Shown here piece after piece: positions 12,559-28,689 of a DNA stretch of 64,000 bases. The stretch spans positions 39,556,001-39,620,000 of the forward strand of contig NC_042999.1 in NCBI RefSeq assembly GCF_006345805.1. Reading direction: 5' to 3'. Source of the DNA: Octopus sinensis. Lineage: Eukaryota. Within the stretch, counting starts at the first letter, position 1; every line of letters begins with the position of its first letter. Both the position numbers and the translations under genes were made by a program. Under the pieces are notes generated by a model, which did not search any database, was not told the DNA's origin, and saw only the letters and a list, made by a program, of their open reading frames with translations.

Positions 12559-13774
12559 GCCTATATGTATACATAACATACAGATAAATTAATATATATA
12601 TATACATATATATGCATGCATGTACATATAAACATATATGTATGTATGCATATACGTATGTATATATGTGTACCTGAATATATTAACTTTTTAAATGTAT
12701 TTTTGATAATTTCATGAAACGCTGTGCATAAAATCAATAACAAGTCTGGTTTTAAAATAAAGTAATCGTTTATAAAATTAACGACTTAATGATTAATATA
12801 TCAGTACGATACTATCGAAATGAATATTTCATATGTGAAGGGAAATGATAATGTCCTTTCTTAATTGATGCAATTTTTGGTGTCGAATATTTATATTTTT
12901 TTTCTTGGTTTGGTGTAGCCGATGATATTTCAATTAAGATATATAATAATGTGCCAGCTGTGTATTTTAACTCATTTGCACTATTACAGCCCACTTAAAT
13001 ATTTGACTTCACTGTATTTTCCTTAGACGTAGTACGTATTTTTTAACTAGTCTATAAATGAAATAAATTATCTTACGCATTTGTTCATTGGAAATCAATG
13101 TATTATCATTTGAAGATACACATGTTTACACAATTTTCTCTTCCCGAACGATAAGAAATTGGATAGAAACATGTGGTTTATAGCTAAAGAGATTTTGGAA
13201 CATTTTAATTTTATTTCCAAATACAATTCGCGGGAAAAGGTCATCAGTATTTGGCATTTTTTCAGAATGAATTTCACACTAATAAAATGCAGTATTTATA
13301 TTGTAGCAAATGTCCCCATCCTTTCGAATATATCCAGTATGGAAACCTGCTGTTCTATAAAGAGTGGCATTCATTCTGTTAACCCATACAAACTTTTCTG
13401 CATTACTGTCGGTAATGGATATGTATGCTTGACCCATAGGCATAGCAAGGGAAGGGGACGAAATAATGAAAGAATGAAAGAATGAAAGGTAAAAACCTTA
13501 AAGATTACAAGTCGTACTAGCCATGAACTAAGTACAAAATCATAAGGCTAAACATAACTATTCACCAATTGACTTAATCTGGTCGTGAAATTCATAAATA
13601 TGTACCGACAAATATCACTTCAGAGACAACACAAAATCGAAAAGTTTAAATTATAGCAGAAAATGCAACCAGCATATACTTTTACGTATACATACATATA
13701 TTTACACATGCACGCACAGACTGAAAAGCATACACATACACACACACATACATAGGTAACCCGATCTTTGTATG

Positions 13775-13809
<35 letters not shown>

Positions 13810-14164
13810 ATATAATAGGTTTATATATGTTAATATATATTATAAAATAATATATCGGGCGAAATTACAAATTTTGTTGCTAAAAGGAAGCTTAGGAGGT
13901 GACCAAACTAAAAATGTATAAACATCATCAAATTTGGTAAAAAAAACTGAATTAGTGACGAAGCCTACAAAGTGGTCGCGAGTGAGTAAATGTTAGCCTT
14001 AAGAATATCATTTACACAATGCCGCGTGTGATTGATATTTCTTTATTACACTATATATTTATTACAATATAATGTATTCTACGAATATGAGGTAGATCTT
14101 TACAAGATACCTAAATATTGAATTGAATCAAAGACTTTGCAATATTGGTTTCCAATTCTGGCAG

Positions 14165-14335
14165 AAGGCCATCAAATCTAGAGGGGAGGCAAGTTGATTA
14201 CATCGACCTCAGCTGATATACATTTTATCAAGTAAATATAAAAGACAAAGACAAACTTGGAGGATATTTGAACTCAGAATATAGAGACAGACGAAAAGCC
14301 GCTAAGCTTTCACACTGCGTGTTAACGATACTGTC
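14165..14335 (-). mobile_element. SINE family A copy (diverged)
   Basis: Reverse complement of the family core (gattacatcgacc..atttgaactcagaa). Confidence 0.65.
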
Positions 14336-14414
14336 AGCTTGTTTTCTTAGTACTGTATTAAGTAATAATATGACTTCAAAATGGTTGTACGTATTTTGGG
14401 AACATTTAGCTTAT

Positions 14415-14644
14415 ATACTCTTTACTCTTATACTTGTTTCAGTCATTTTGATGTGGCCATGCTGGAGCAACACCTTTAATCGAGAAAATCGACCCGAGGA
14501 CTTATTTTTTGTAAGCGTAGTACTTATTCTATCGGTCTCTTTTGTGGTCACGTAAACACATCAGCATCGGTTGTCAAGCGATGTTGGGGGGACAAACACA
14601 GACGCACAAACATATATGCACACACACACACACACACATATGCC

Positions 14645-14675
<31 letters not shown>

Positions 14676-14866
14676 ATGTGTGTATGTGTGTGTGTATATA
14701 TATATACATATATACGACGGATTTCCTTCAATTTGCGTCTACCACTCACAAGGCTTTGGTCGGCCCGATGCTATAGTAGACGACACTGGCCCAAGGTGCC
14801 ACGCAGTGGGAATGAACCCGGATCTATGTCGTTGGTAAGCAAGCTACTTACCATACAGCCACTCCT
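14415..14866 (-). mobile_element. SINE family B copy
   Basis: Homologous to 12140-12558. Confidence 0.88.
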
Positions 14867-16230
14867 GTGTGGCAAGTAGCCTATATAATAACGTTTTTCA
14901 TTTTGAATATTTTTTAAGATAATATTTTGTATCTGAAAATTTAGCTTAGAAGGTGACCAATCTAAAAATGTAAACATCATGTAATTTGGTTAAAATTTGA
15001 GTTAGTGACAAACCTTAGAAGTAGACACGCGTGAGTAAATGTTGACCTTCAGAATCTTATTCACACACTACCATGTGTGAATGGTATTTTTGAAAAGATT
15101 AGTACCACAAGACTCGACTGGATGAGTTCTATCATATGAGATTTTAAAAAAAAACGGTTTTGAATTTGATTTTCGGTGTCACCACTTTTTTCAACACATT
15201 TCTTCCCAGTACTCTGTTATTTTAAAGTTCTAATTGATATAATTGGCATTATCGGATTCCTGTCGCGGAGATCTATTATAAAAGAAGTTCAATTTAAATA
15301 TAGCTTGCTTGTGAAATAAGAATAAACCGCAGTGCCCCCGCATGGCCACAGCTCATGAGCTGAAACTAGTTCAAATCAAATCAAAACAATACTTGGAGTC
15401 GAATTCGATTTCAGGCGTTAAATATTCTTTCACGGATCTTTACCTCAGTACATTTTTGTACTGAATATTTTTGTATATAAACAACATGGATAAATTTCTC
15501 TCGCCCAGATCTATTATATCATATAAGCTAAAATAATATAAATATTTCTAAAAAGAAAAAAAAAGTTGAATGCAAAGTCGATTTCAGGTGTTACACTCCC
15601 GTTCTTGACCGCACGTATTTTACTGAATTTTTTTTTCTACTGAAGCAATTTTCTAATTTTGCAGCTGATAATGTCCAATCTACAAATGTAAACAACATCA
15701 AATTTGATTAAAACCTAAATTAGTGACAAAGCCGAGAACTGATCGCGGGTGATGAAACTTGCCTTTATGAATATTATTCAAACACTACCGTGTGTGAATG
15801 ATGTCTGTCTGTCTGTCTCTCTCTTTAGCTATATACACAAACGCACATTCACATATATATGTGTGTATGCATGCGTGTATCTCTCTCTATATATACACCA
15901 TATCGAACACACATATACAAGGTATGTGTTTTGCCAGCTCGAGGGCAGACTGCAATTATAGGCGTGAGAGAATATATTGTCATCAATTCGCCTGGTATTA
16001 AAATACGTGGAAGTCATAGGCAAGCAATATAAGTTGCCTCGCTTTTATGACTGTATGCAAAATTCTGTAAGGATCATCTGCCAGCATGTATATATATATG
16101 CATGTGAACATGCATGTATGTATTATGTACGTATGTAAGTATGTACGTCTATGAGTCTGGGAATTTTAAAATCGATGTGATATTCTACACATGCCGACTA
16201 TATGTATGTATGTATGGGTGTAGGTAGATT

Positions 16231-16261
<31 letters not shown>

Positions 16262-18969
16262 ATATATGCATGTATATATGTACATATATATAATATATAT
16301 AAATTAGAAAATTATGTAATTAAAAAATTATATTTTATTTATATACATGTATATATGTATACGTATCTTACGTATATATTTATACAGCAATGCGTTTGAT
16401 GTTGTTTGCAACAGATTTTGACAAACATAAGGATTAACAGATGCAACATAATTACGTTGCTATCTGTGTATTTCGTTGTCAGTGTGTCTTTAAACCCAAC
16501 GCCTCTTCTTCGCAAACATTGTTCGCTCCAATACTCCCCGATAGCATTGCGATTCTGCAAAAGCAACTGATAGAATAAGTACTATTTAACAAAAACAGTA
16601 AACAAACCATCGGGGTCGATTTGTATGAGTAAAAAACATTAAAGCGATTATCCAGAATGCCCACCGGCCACTGACTGGAACGATTAAAATATAAAAAAAG
16701 CATTATGAGGTATTCCAATACCGTGCTGATGTGTGACTGCCGAGAATTTATCTCCGTATTGCTGCAACGGATTCAGATCCACACACAACCTAATTATTAC
16801 CCATGAAAATAAATTGTACTGGAAATAAACATATCTCCCTTGCGTTGTTTGTTGCTTTACAATTATAAGTTTCGAGGCAACAATCTGACTTCATATTTCA
16901 ATCGTAAGGAGGTACACGTTTCATTTCTAAGGGAGATAATCATTCTAACGTTCGTTGGCTATAAACCTTTTGCTGTTTAATTGCTATTTATAGTCCACAT
17001 GTAACACCTATATATGAGTAGGAACATGTATGTGATTATACAGGTATTTGTGTTTCTGTTTGTGTATATTTACGATGGAAAATTGTCATGTTGTCGTCTA
17101 CCAAATGTATATGGAAAATGCATTGGTCTATATGAGTATGCGTAGTGACAACGCATTTCCAAATGCGTCCTTATGGTATGTAATTATATCCAGCGATTAA
17201 ATATATATTTTTCAAAGGCAATGATTGTTATTTTAGTAACATCTGTGGAATATGCTTAGTTGTATGTGCTAAGATCAACAAATATAACACATGTCTAAAC
17301 TTTTTTACTCATGCAGTTTATAGAATAAAGAATATTCACAATCAGAACTTCGTACAAAATGCAGATTCTAAATAGCAAATTCAACATAAATCAATAATTT
17401 AAAAATAAACTCACATATCCAAAACCCGAATAATATATTGCAGAGACTGAAGCCTTTTTTTTTTTTTTGGTTTTTGCCTTTCAAAATTATTTCATTTAAA
17501 TTACATTTAGCGTTATTTCACGTGTTAGTTGCATTATGTAAATTTCCAGCATATATTTAAATAATTGACATCGAAATATTACAATAAAACATTAACCTTA
17601 TGTGGCAGCGAAGTAATACTTTCGACATTTACCATGTGCAAATTATTTTATTATACTGAAAAATGTCACATTTCTACTAATCAATAATCTACAACCTCTA
17701 GCTAAAAAGATTTAAAAAATACCTGTCCTCGGATTTAATTCTATAACTGCGGTTACTAAATATCTGTACGTTTCGACTATGTATTAATACTACTAACGCA
17801 CTCAATTTGTGTAAATATTTATCTCACGTAATAATCTACATTTTGACAAATATCTAGCAAATTGAATTGAAACATAGACATCGATCTATAAAGAAGTTCG
17901 ATGTAAAATACTGTCTTTACTTTAGATCACATTTCTTCACTCACTGATACAGACATATTGTAACACAAGACACAATATACAATGAAACGCGGTACTATTT
18001 TGCAATATACCGTAGGTGACTTTGCGCAAGAATTCGTAATTGGTCACTGTTTAGGGCATACTACAAAATCCCTTTCAAGTGCATCAACGGAGCGGTCAAT
18101 CTACGAATTATTAAAGCGCCTAGCCGATACATTTCTACCCCTGCCTTAGCCGAAAACTAAACTAATCCAAAATACCCATTCTGCATGCAGGTATCACTGG
18201 TCAATGGTGTTTTCATTCGCTTGCCTTTATCAGTAAAAATTGAAGATGGCATTCCATTTGCAAACACACGCATTTACGTCTGGACTATAGTTCAGACTTC
18301 TGATCGGTTTCTGAATGTCTATTATTCAATATGTATATCGTATTTGTCTTATATTTACTTATATTTGGTGCATGTTGATTATGCCTTCCCGAATGCATCG
18401 AACAAAAATGTCTGTTGGCAGGTATTTTTCCTTTGTATATTTAAGAAGGCTTATTTATAAAAATGCATCAATGCTCCTTAGGTAAGTTGGTTTCAAAAGG
18501 AAACTTTAGTGGGTATTGTGGATTATTCTTTGGGTTGATTTTGAATTATGATCATGTACAGTGTGAGACCTAGCATACGCGTGTGAGACCTAGCATACGT
18601 TCTAGGCTTCAGGTAAATGAAAATACATGATAATCAGCTAATTATGATTTTAAACAAAATATCCTCTCGAATTAACACATTTATTGCAGCGGCTCTAAGC
18701 CTTGGAAATGAACTCGGGAGGTTGCGCCTCCCACCAGGCCTTTCGAGATACTCTTAAAGGCAGGAACTTTTCAGCACCTACTCGTAGATATACATACGTA
18801 GGGACGCTTCACATACCCACGCACATATAGAAAGTTTAGTTTGAGTATGTAAAATAATATTAATACTAATCAGAATATTAAGAGGTTTTATCGCCGACAT
18901 TGCATTCTACAGTTAAAAATGGACCATGCAAAGTAAATGATTAAAATTATGTGGAATATATATTCTTTT

Positions 18970-19365
18970 GTACTTTTATTCTTCCAGTCTAAGAAATCGA
19001 TCCCATGACTTATTCTTTATAAGCCTAGTAATTATTCTATCGGTCTCATTTGACGAACCGTTAAGTTACGGGGACGTGAGCACAACAACGTCACTCGTCA
19101 AGCTATTGTTGGGGGACAAACACAGACACACATACCACCTTACCTAAGGAGTATTGATGCATTTTTATAAATAATCCTTCTTAAATATACGAAGGAAAAT
19201 ATACATGCATACGTATATATATATATATATATATATATACGGCGGGCTGCTTTCAGTTTCCGTCTAGCAAAACCATTCACAAGGCTTTTATTGGCCCTGG
19301 GCTATAGCAGAAGACACGTACCTAAGGCCCTACGCAAGGAGACAGAACCTGAAACCACACAGCCA
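18970..19365 (-). mobile_element. SINE family B copy (diverged)
   Basis: Homologous to 12140-12558. Confidence 0.75.
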
Positions 19366-20699
19366 AACGTGAATAATTTCATAAAATAACTTATTTATTT
19401 TCGCCAAGTTATTAGAAAGTTTCTGGCATTTTTACGGACAGGTCATTATTTTCCGATATTTTATTCATTCTTTTTATGTTCAATTTTGCAAATTTACCAT
19501 TGACCAACTTTATTGCATAACTATTGCTATAACTGAACTAGGTAGGTCATTATAATGGACACTACCCTCATCACTAAATTGCGAATTTGTTATAACAGAG
19601 TATGCTGCACGAAGAGTAAGGTGACATTCACTTTTCAGGAGATTGAGCACATGGGAAAATGACATGCATTTCGCAAGGATATAAAGAAATGCTCGGCCCC
19701 GTGATTGACATGCTTTTGGGAAACTGATGTATTAACTACTGGAAGACGTATCTTCTCATGAATGTCACACCTACTAGAATATATTTTCTTATCGCCAGTG
19801 GTTGAATCTGATAAAATCTAGGAATTCTTCTAGTATGTGAAGGAGAAAACTTAGTAGAGAATTTCTCACCTAAGTATTGATATACGAAGATGTGTACAAG
19901 GTGAATAGACTCAAACATTAATTGAAACTACACTAGAAATTCGTATTTCACGTCCACAGTCGCTATAGCTTACTGGTTGTAAATGTATATTCTCTATTTT
20001 ATGGAGGTACATTTCAATGTATCGATGTATGAGTGTATGTAGAAAACGTTTAATCCACGCCTCTGTAATGTTTAGATTGATGTAATGTTTAGATTGCATA
20101 CCTGCTTGGCTGCTGAGGCATTTAAAAGTAAATTTATATCTACATACATAATGTTCAAATCATTTTAATTCTAAACAATTAAACAAATCCAAAAGACATT
20201 TAATATCATATAAGCATGTCTTTAATTGCTACTAATATAAATAATATCAAGATTAAAAAGGAATTTCAAAAATCGGTCAGTTACAATGCACGTATTTATT
20301 TTACATGTAACATATTAGCTGTCATATTATAGAATAACTCACTAGTGTAAACGTTATTAATTACTTCTAAATTTTATGAAGCGGGCATGGATTTTCCATT
20401 ACGGTTTTGTCATGTATTATGTTAATATATGGAACTACTTTCTTACAAAGAAAAAGGTAAAAAATAGAAGAAAGTAACACATAGATATAATATGAATATT
20501 ATGGGAATAAATCTCGTTTGAATATATCTACATGCGGTAATCACATCAGCACTTATCAAAACGAAATTTATTTAAATGCTTTCGTAACTGCAAGTTCAAG
20601 GAAATAACAGTAATGATTCGCAGTTTAACGAAAAATGTTGCATTTTAAAATGCTTACGAATAATTCATCTATCTCATATCTATCAATATATCTCTTCCT

Positions 20700-22920
<2,221 letters not shown>

Positions 22921-25322
22921 GGCATATTGTTGGAAATGCTTCATGAGTTATCACATTCGAACTTTGTAATTATTCGCTATTGTTGCAATATGGTACTTAA
23001 GTAACTATATAAGATTGATTCTATTAGATTAATCTGCAAGTCGAACCTGTGTTGAATGGTGCTAAGATATGTAGCTGTGTGCACTTGCATGCAATTCTCT
23101 TTGCACGTTTCTTTTCGTAGTCGACGTGTATGATTTTTCCCTTGATGTGGTCGGCTTCAAGAAAATCATTTTTATGCTTTGAGAACGAAATTCATTGTAG
23201 AAGTGCAAACATAAGTTTATTACTTACGTTTGCCTGTATGTGTGTGTGCATTCAGTCTGTGCTCAAATTGGGAGCCAGTGTGAGTGGTCAAGACATTTCC
23301 TACTTATATATACTGTATGCGTCATTGCTTTTTCTAATTATATATCGCCGTTCGCTTGTTTACAATATATATTGTTTCTGCGAATATAAAGAAATTCGAA
23401 AAAGAAAGAATAATAGAAACGCCATGTTAAATGGAATTTTTATCATTTAATAGGTGCTTTGGAAACATTCACTACTATAATAACTCGAGCAGCTATTGCG
23501 CAGATGCTCTGAACTATTGTTCAGAATGCTGGGCAATTAATAAAACAGATATCAGAAATTTCTTCACGATAATCAGCGGTAGCAGTTCAATGCTCGCTGT
23601 TTCAGAATGCAAATATGATAGATTATCGGGAAATCCGTCGATTGCAGGTTCGAATACAAGTTTGGAATACAAGTGCAAATTCGAATACTCTTGGTACAGA
23701 TTCCAAATTCCCTTAATCGTGTGAAACTGTGTATTGGGCGATTACCTTACTATCAAAGATCTATTTCTCTATCATATGATTGGTATGATCAGCAAAAATA
23801 TTCTAATAATTCTTAATATTAACATTTCAAAGTAGTACAATTAAAGGGCCGTGTTGGAAAAATGTCATCAGTGAATATGACATCAGTTTATTGAGGTACT
23901 TGCTAATATTGATAACACCATTTTCCCTACAAATTGGTGTTGAAGGGGGATAGCATTGGTTTAGCAAATATATCTGTCCCTTAGCATTCAGTTTATGGAG
24001 CGCAGTACGAAGGGCGTTGTGCAGTCGTGATTTAGCTCAGCTGTGAATTTTGTTGCTAAATTTCGAGTTATGTTAGCCGTATTTGTGTATTCTGCTCCTC
24101 ATCTCTTTAAGCTTTGCCTTCCGTCAGTAATTCTATTTGATACAGTTGATTTTTCTTTGGTTGTCCAATGCCAATATGCCTTTTGAAACAGAACCTCTCA
24201 AAAGGTTAAGCAAATCAATAGTTTTAATAACTAATGGGCCAGCCGTCCACACATCGACAATTTGTCTGACACACATTTGCATATATTCAATATGAAATCG
24301 GAACCCCGCCCCCACTGTATATCATTAAGTACGGGATATGCATAATGGCCATGAAGATATGCATGTTACTCTATATGTCTATATTCATGAACATATCTAA
24401 ATACATGTCTCTTGCTCCTTAGGCTATTTCTCTGTCTAACTGCCCACACTTTATATCTAGCAACAATGTACACACACATATTCAGACATATGCATATAAA
24501 TATACGTGAGTGTGTGTTTGTGTGTGCGTGTCTGTGTGTATATGAATGTATGTATGCATATATATAAATTATACAATTTCTCCGAATTGTATATGTAATA
24601 CTCGTATTTATTATTCGTTAGTGAACAGATGATGCTTGTATAAATCATAAATTATGATTACAGATGGACATTACAGATGGATATTACAGACGTAATGGGT
24701 GAATCTTGGAAAAATGTTGTTCGAGGACATCTGAAGTCTGGATGCTAAGGTTAGAATTCAATACAATGGGAATTTGACCTCAGAAACGTTTTACAAATCA
24801 CCACGTTTATTAAGGGGCTAGACATTATCATATTGAGATATGTATTGTGTAGCCTGTGTTAAATATTTACATGTCAGAATCGAGTAATATAAAATGATCT
24901 CTAACAACAACGAGCAACATTTGAAATAAGAAATTTGAAGTGACTAGCTAAGTTTCGCGCTAACGTTAACTATTACGCTATATAAACACATAATATTCAA
25001 ATGCTTTCGTTTTCAAATGTATACATATACGTGCGTATATGTGTGTGTGTGTGGTAGAGTTGTAATGACAAATAGTCTAAGGGGCGAGAGATATGTACTT
25101 AGATATGTTCATGAATATAGACATATAGAGTAACAAAATAGTGATATTTTGAAAGCACTTAGTACGAATGTTTCAGGTGTGTGTAATACAGGATAGAGAA
25201 TGCATCCATTAGGTAAGAGATAACTCAGTTAAAGTAATTCAAAACTGTAGCATGACAAGAAATATATATTATTGTATATTTTTTACATCTCTTCCCGTGG
25301 GGAAAATTTTTATTGCTATATA

Positions 25323-25368
<46 letters not shown>

Positions 25369-26249
25369 TAAATCTTTAGTTAAATATATTCAAAGAGAAT
25401 ATCATATACTGAATTTATATTGAGTGCTCTATTGTATCAGAGTATTAATACATTTATAATATTAAAGTATTTATGTATTTAATACGAGGGATTATATATA
25501 TTTTATAATATATTATTATTAATGTCATGAAATGAATATTAGAAAATTCTTCAGAAAGATATATACGTATGTTAAATAATTGTTGTATTAAAAATATAAA
25601 TATATATAAATATATGTAAAAATGTATAAGTATAAATATATAATGTATATGACGGTTTAAAAAGGTTTTAGAGCATCTTACGATCGTTTCACAGAAGTGC
25701 CGTCTCTATAATGAAATCCTATATTGATAAGCATTTTTAGAAATCCCGTCTGCTCTTGAGAGATATAAATTTGAATTTTGTATAAAATACCGAATGGTAG
25801 TTTTTTTTTTTAATATGAAGTAATACTATAAAATGTGTTTGAAACATAAATGAATTTTAAATTTAAAAATTACTGCTGTTGAATTTAGTAAATACACTTA
25901 AGTATGCGAGTCTTTAAATCCATATATGCTTCCTTGGCTAGTCTTCGGCAATAATCCATAATAGTTATGTGTAAAATCCATTATATTGTCCAGTATTCGA
26001 AATATAATTTATAGACTTAGATAATATAGAATAATGGAATCCTAAATTGATAAGCATTTATAGATAATTCTTCTGCCCTTCAGTAATATCAAATGTGAAA
26101 TTTGTATAATTTGACGAATATTAGCTTTTTAAGAAAATTATGAAGTAATATGGGAAAATGGTGTCTGTTTGAAATACAGGAAAATGTTGTTTGTTTGAAA
26201 TATAGCAGTAATTTTTAATTTATATTTCAAACAAACACCATTTGTTTGA

Positions 26250-27640
26250 AAATTTCCGATGGGGAAGGAAGGAGGATACGGTTGGGCAATGCTTATTTAG
26301 ATTGTCAACAAAATAAAGTGGAATATAATGAAAAAGGAAAAGTAACATAAACTGTAGGCGTGCAATTTAGAATTGGGGGGAACAGGAGATAGTAATTTAT
26401 AATTTAGAAAATTTAGAATATTCAATTGAGAAAATTTAAATCAAAATATAGAATAAGGATAGAAGTTAAACTTAAAACCTAAACATGGGATAGTATAAGG
26501 AAAATTATTACGAATATTCTAAGCATATTGTTTAGAAGGTCATGTTAAATACATTTTAAAATGAATGTATAACGGAGTTGGATTATCATATGTGTAGATG
26601 TACATAGTATATTTTAGAGCAATAAAAACAACTATTCTCTTCAATATAGGTGGATAAGTATAAGATATCGTAACATATGGTATGGAATATAAGGGGTAAT
26701 TGAATTAGAGGTACACTAAATGTATAAGGGAGTACATTCGGAAGCAATACCTAAACCGGCTTGGGAATGTGAACATTTAATGAATATTGCATGATTAAAA
26801 TATATACTAAAATAGGGATTCCGATATCAAGTAAATCATATAAAAAGACCTTGTAAAAATATTTATAAATTGCAAACTCTAGGAAAGTATATAAAAGGAC
26901 GTAACATATATATAATATCAAGTATAGATATTAAAAAATATAAACCCTGTGTACTTGTGAATATAAAATATAATATTGTATTATACAGTGAGCATTATTA
27001 AGAGAGATTATAAACACTCTATAAACTATAGAAGCTACACAACTGTGTAAGAGGGTATATAAATACATAAATTTAATAATTAATAATACAATTAGTACAA
27101 AAAAATTATAAAATATCTCTTTACATAATTATATGAAAGGTTTAACAGATAAAAATAAGGATAAGTCAAAATAAAATAAAATAGAATAAGGATTCTTTTA
27201 TAAATTATGATATAAACTATATTGGCATATTGAAAAAAAAATTCTTTGATCGGTTATTATAGATACCATATTGAATAAAAAATATATGTATGGAATGCTA
27301 ATTGAAAAAAAATAATAAATATAACTATCGAAATAGGTTTATGAAATATTTACAAAATACATCGAATACACTGATCTATGTTGAATAATAAGCACACTTA
27401 GGGGTTATACTTTACATTTAGGGGAGGTGCTAGATTTAGTAATGCATATGTTATACTATGAGGGAATACAATTCCAATATTGAAGGGTAAATATATAATG
27501 TAATTATTGAAAGATTACAGATCAAAAGGGTTAAAGGCTATTAGGAAAGAATAATACATAGATTTCGAGATAATACAAGGCATGCTATGAATGATATGAT
27601 ATCCTGGATAATTCGTGCTATCAAATCATAGTATGATATA
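26250..27640 (+). mobile_element. Very decayed coding-like relic, possibly a second Penelope-like RT
   Basis: Purine-skewed and microsatellite-free. Stop-riddled frames contain LKYILK*GFRY, YIISSID..CVLV..KY, KLYWH, IISTL..H and ILDN in the order expected for a PLE RT. Each match is weak on its own. Confidence 0.35.
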
Positions 27641-27699
27641 CTTATTATTACCTGCTTTTAAAGTATTTAAAGTTACGGCTAATCCAATAAACACATGAT

Positions 27700-27960
27700 A
27701 ATTTAGGATATAATTTATTATGAATTAGGTTTCGTTTCACTCTATATTTAAATATCTCACATATATCCATACAGCATATTTCCCCTCTATACCGGCTATT
27801 TCTGTATGGCTGAGCTCTACTGACAATATCCCACTTTAGGCCAAATTTACAATTACTATTTAGAATTCCCAGATTTTCGTAGATAATGAGTTACATTATC
27901 GTCACTTAGCTGGGTTGCGTTGTCTACACACCCTATAAGTATATTGGCTACAAATACCAT
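27700..27960 (-). mobile_element. Decayed Penelope-like GIY-YIG endonuclease C-terminus
   Basis: Minus strand gives NATQLS and LKWDIVSRAQPYRNS..ICCMDICEIFKY, resembling the KWxIxxRAxPY..CxLCxxEK motif of PLE endonucleases. Confidence 0.55.
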
Positions 27961-28491
27961 TACACGGAGTCTTGATATTCAATATTTAAATAATAACGTT
28001 AGGGCGTGCAGATTATACGGTATTACCAAAGTGTATATATGTATCAAGTATAGGTAACGCTAAGTTCATCTCATTCAAACTATCAATTCGAGTTAACTAT
28101 ATTTAAGCTACATTCTAAAATACAAGCATTACTTTGATCTAGTAACTTTTATATGTGGTGGTACTACGTGCCATTGCATTGTGCTGATCTTCATCAGAGA
28201 TATATTAGTATTGCGCTTGAGAAAAAGCTATTAATAACTGCTGGTCGGTTAATTCTGCACTTAATAGTTACATTCGAAGTTTGTTAAAATGAAGTCCATG
28301 TATATGAAATAAAACCTATCAATAAAGTTCTCCTTATCCTAGAGTGCAATATTATAGGTAAGTTTTTGTGTAATGCCTTGTTGTAAATACGTGCATTCAA
28401 ACTGAAACACACACGCATACACACATATATATATATACACGCAGATATATGTATATGTACATATATACATGCATATATATGTAGTTATATA

Positions 28492-28533
<42 letters not shown>

Positions 28534-28689
28534 TATATAATATTTTGAGATTTCTACTGCTCTTTCTATCGCAACGCTTTCCTATTTGGAAGCCTCCTTA
28601 TTGTATATATATATATATATAATATACCTACTTATCTTTACTTATCTTTCAATACATAGGCATGAAACTCAAGTTACGTATCCCATTCT

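Larger units (their letters stand above)
13880..15805 (+). repeat. Three local copies of a unit of about 150-200 bp ending in a hairpin
   Basis: Copies at about 13880-14040, 14945-15090 and 15662-15800 share aaatgtaaaca.catcaaatttggttaaaa..ttagtgaca. Confidence 0.75.
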
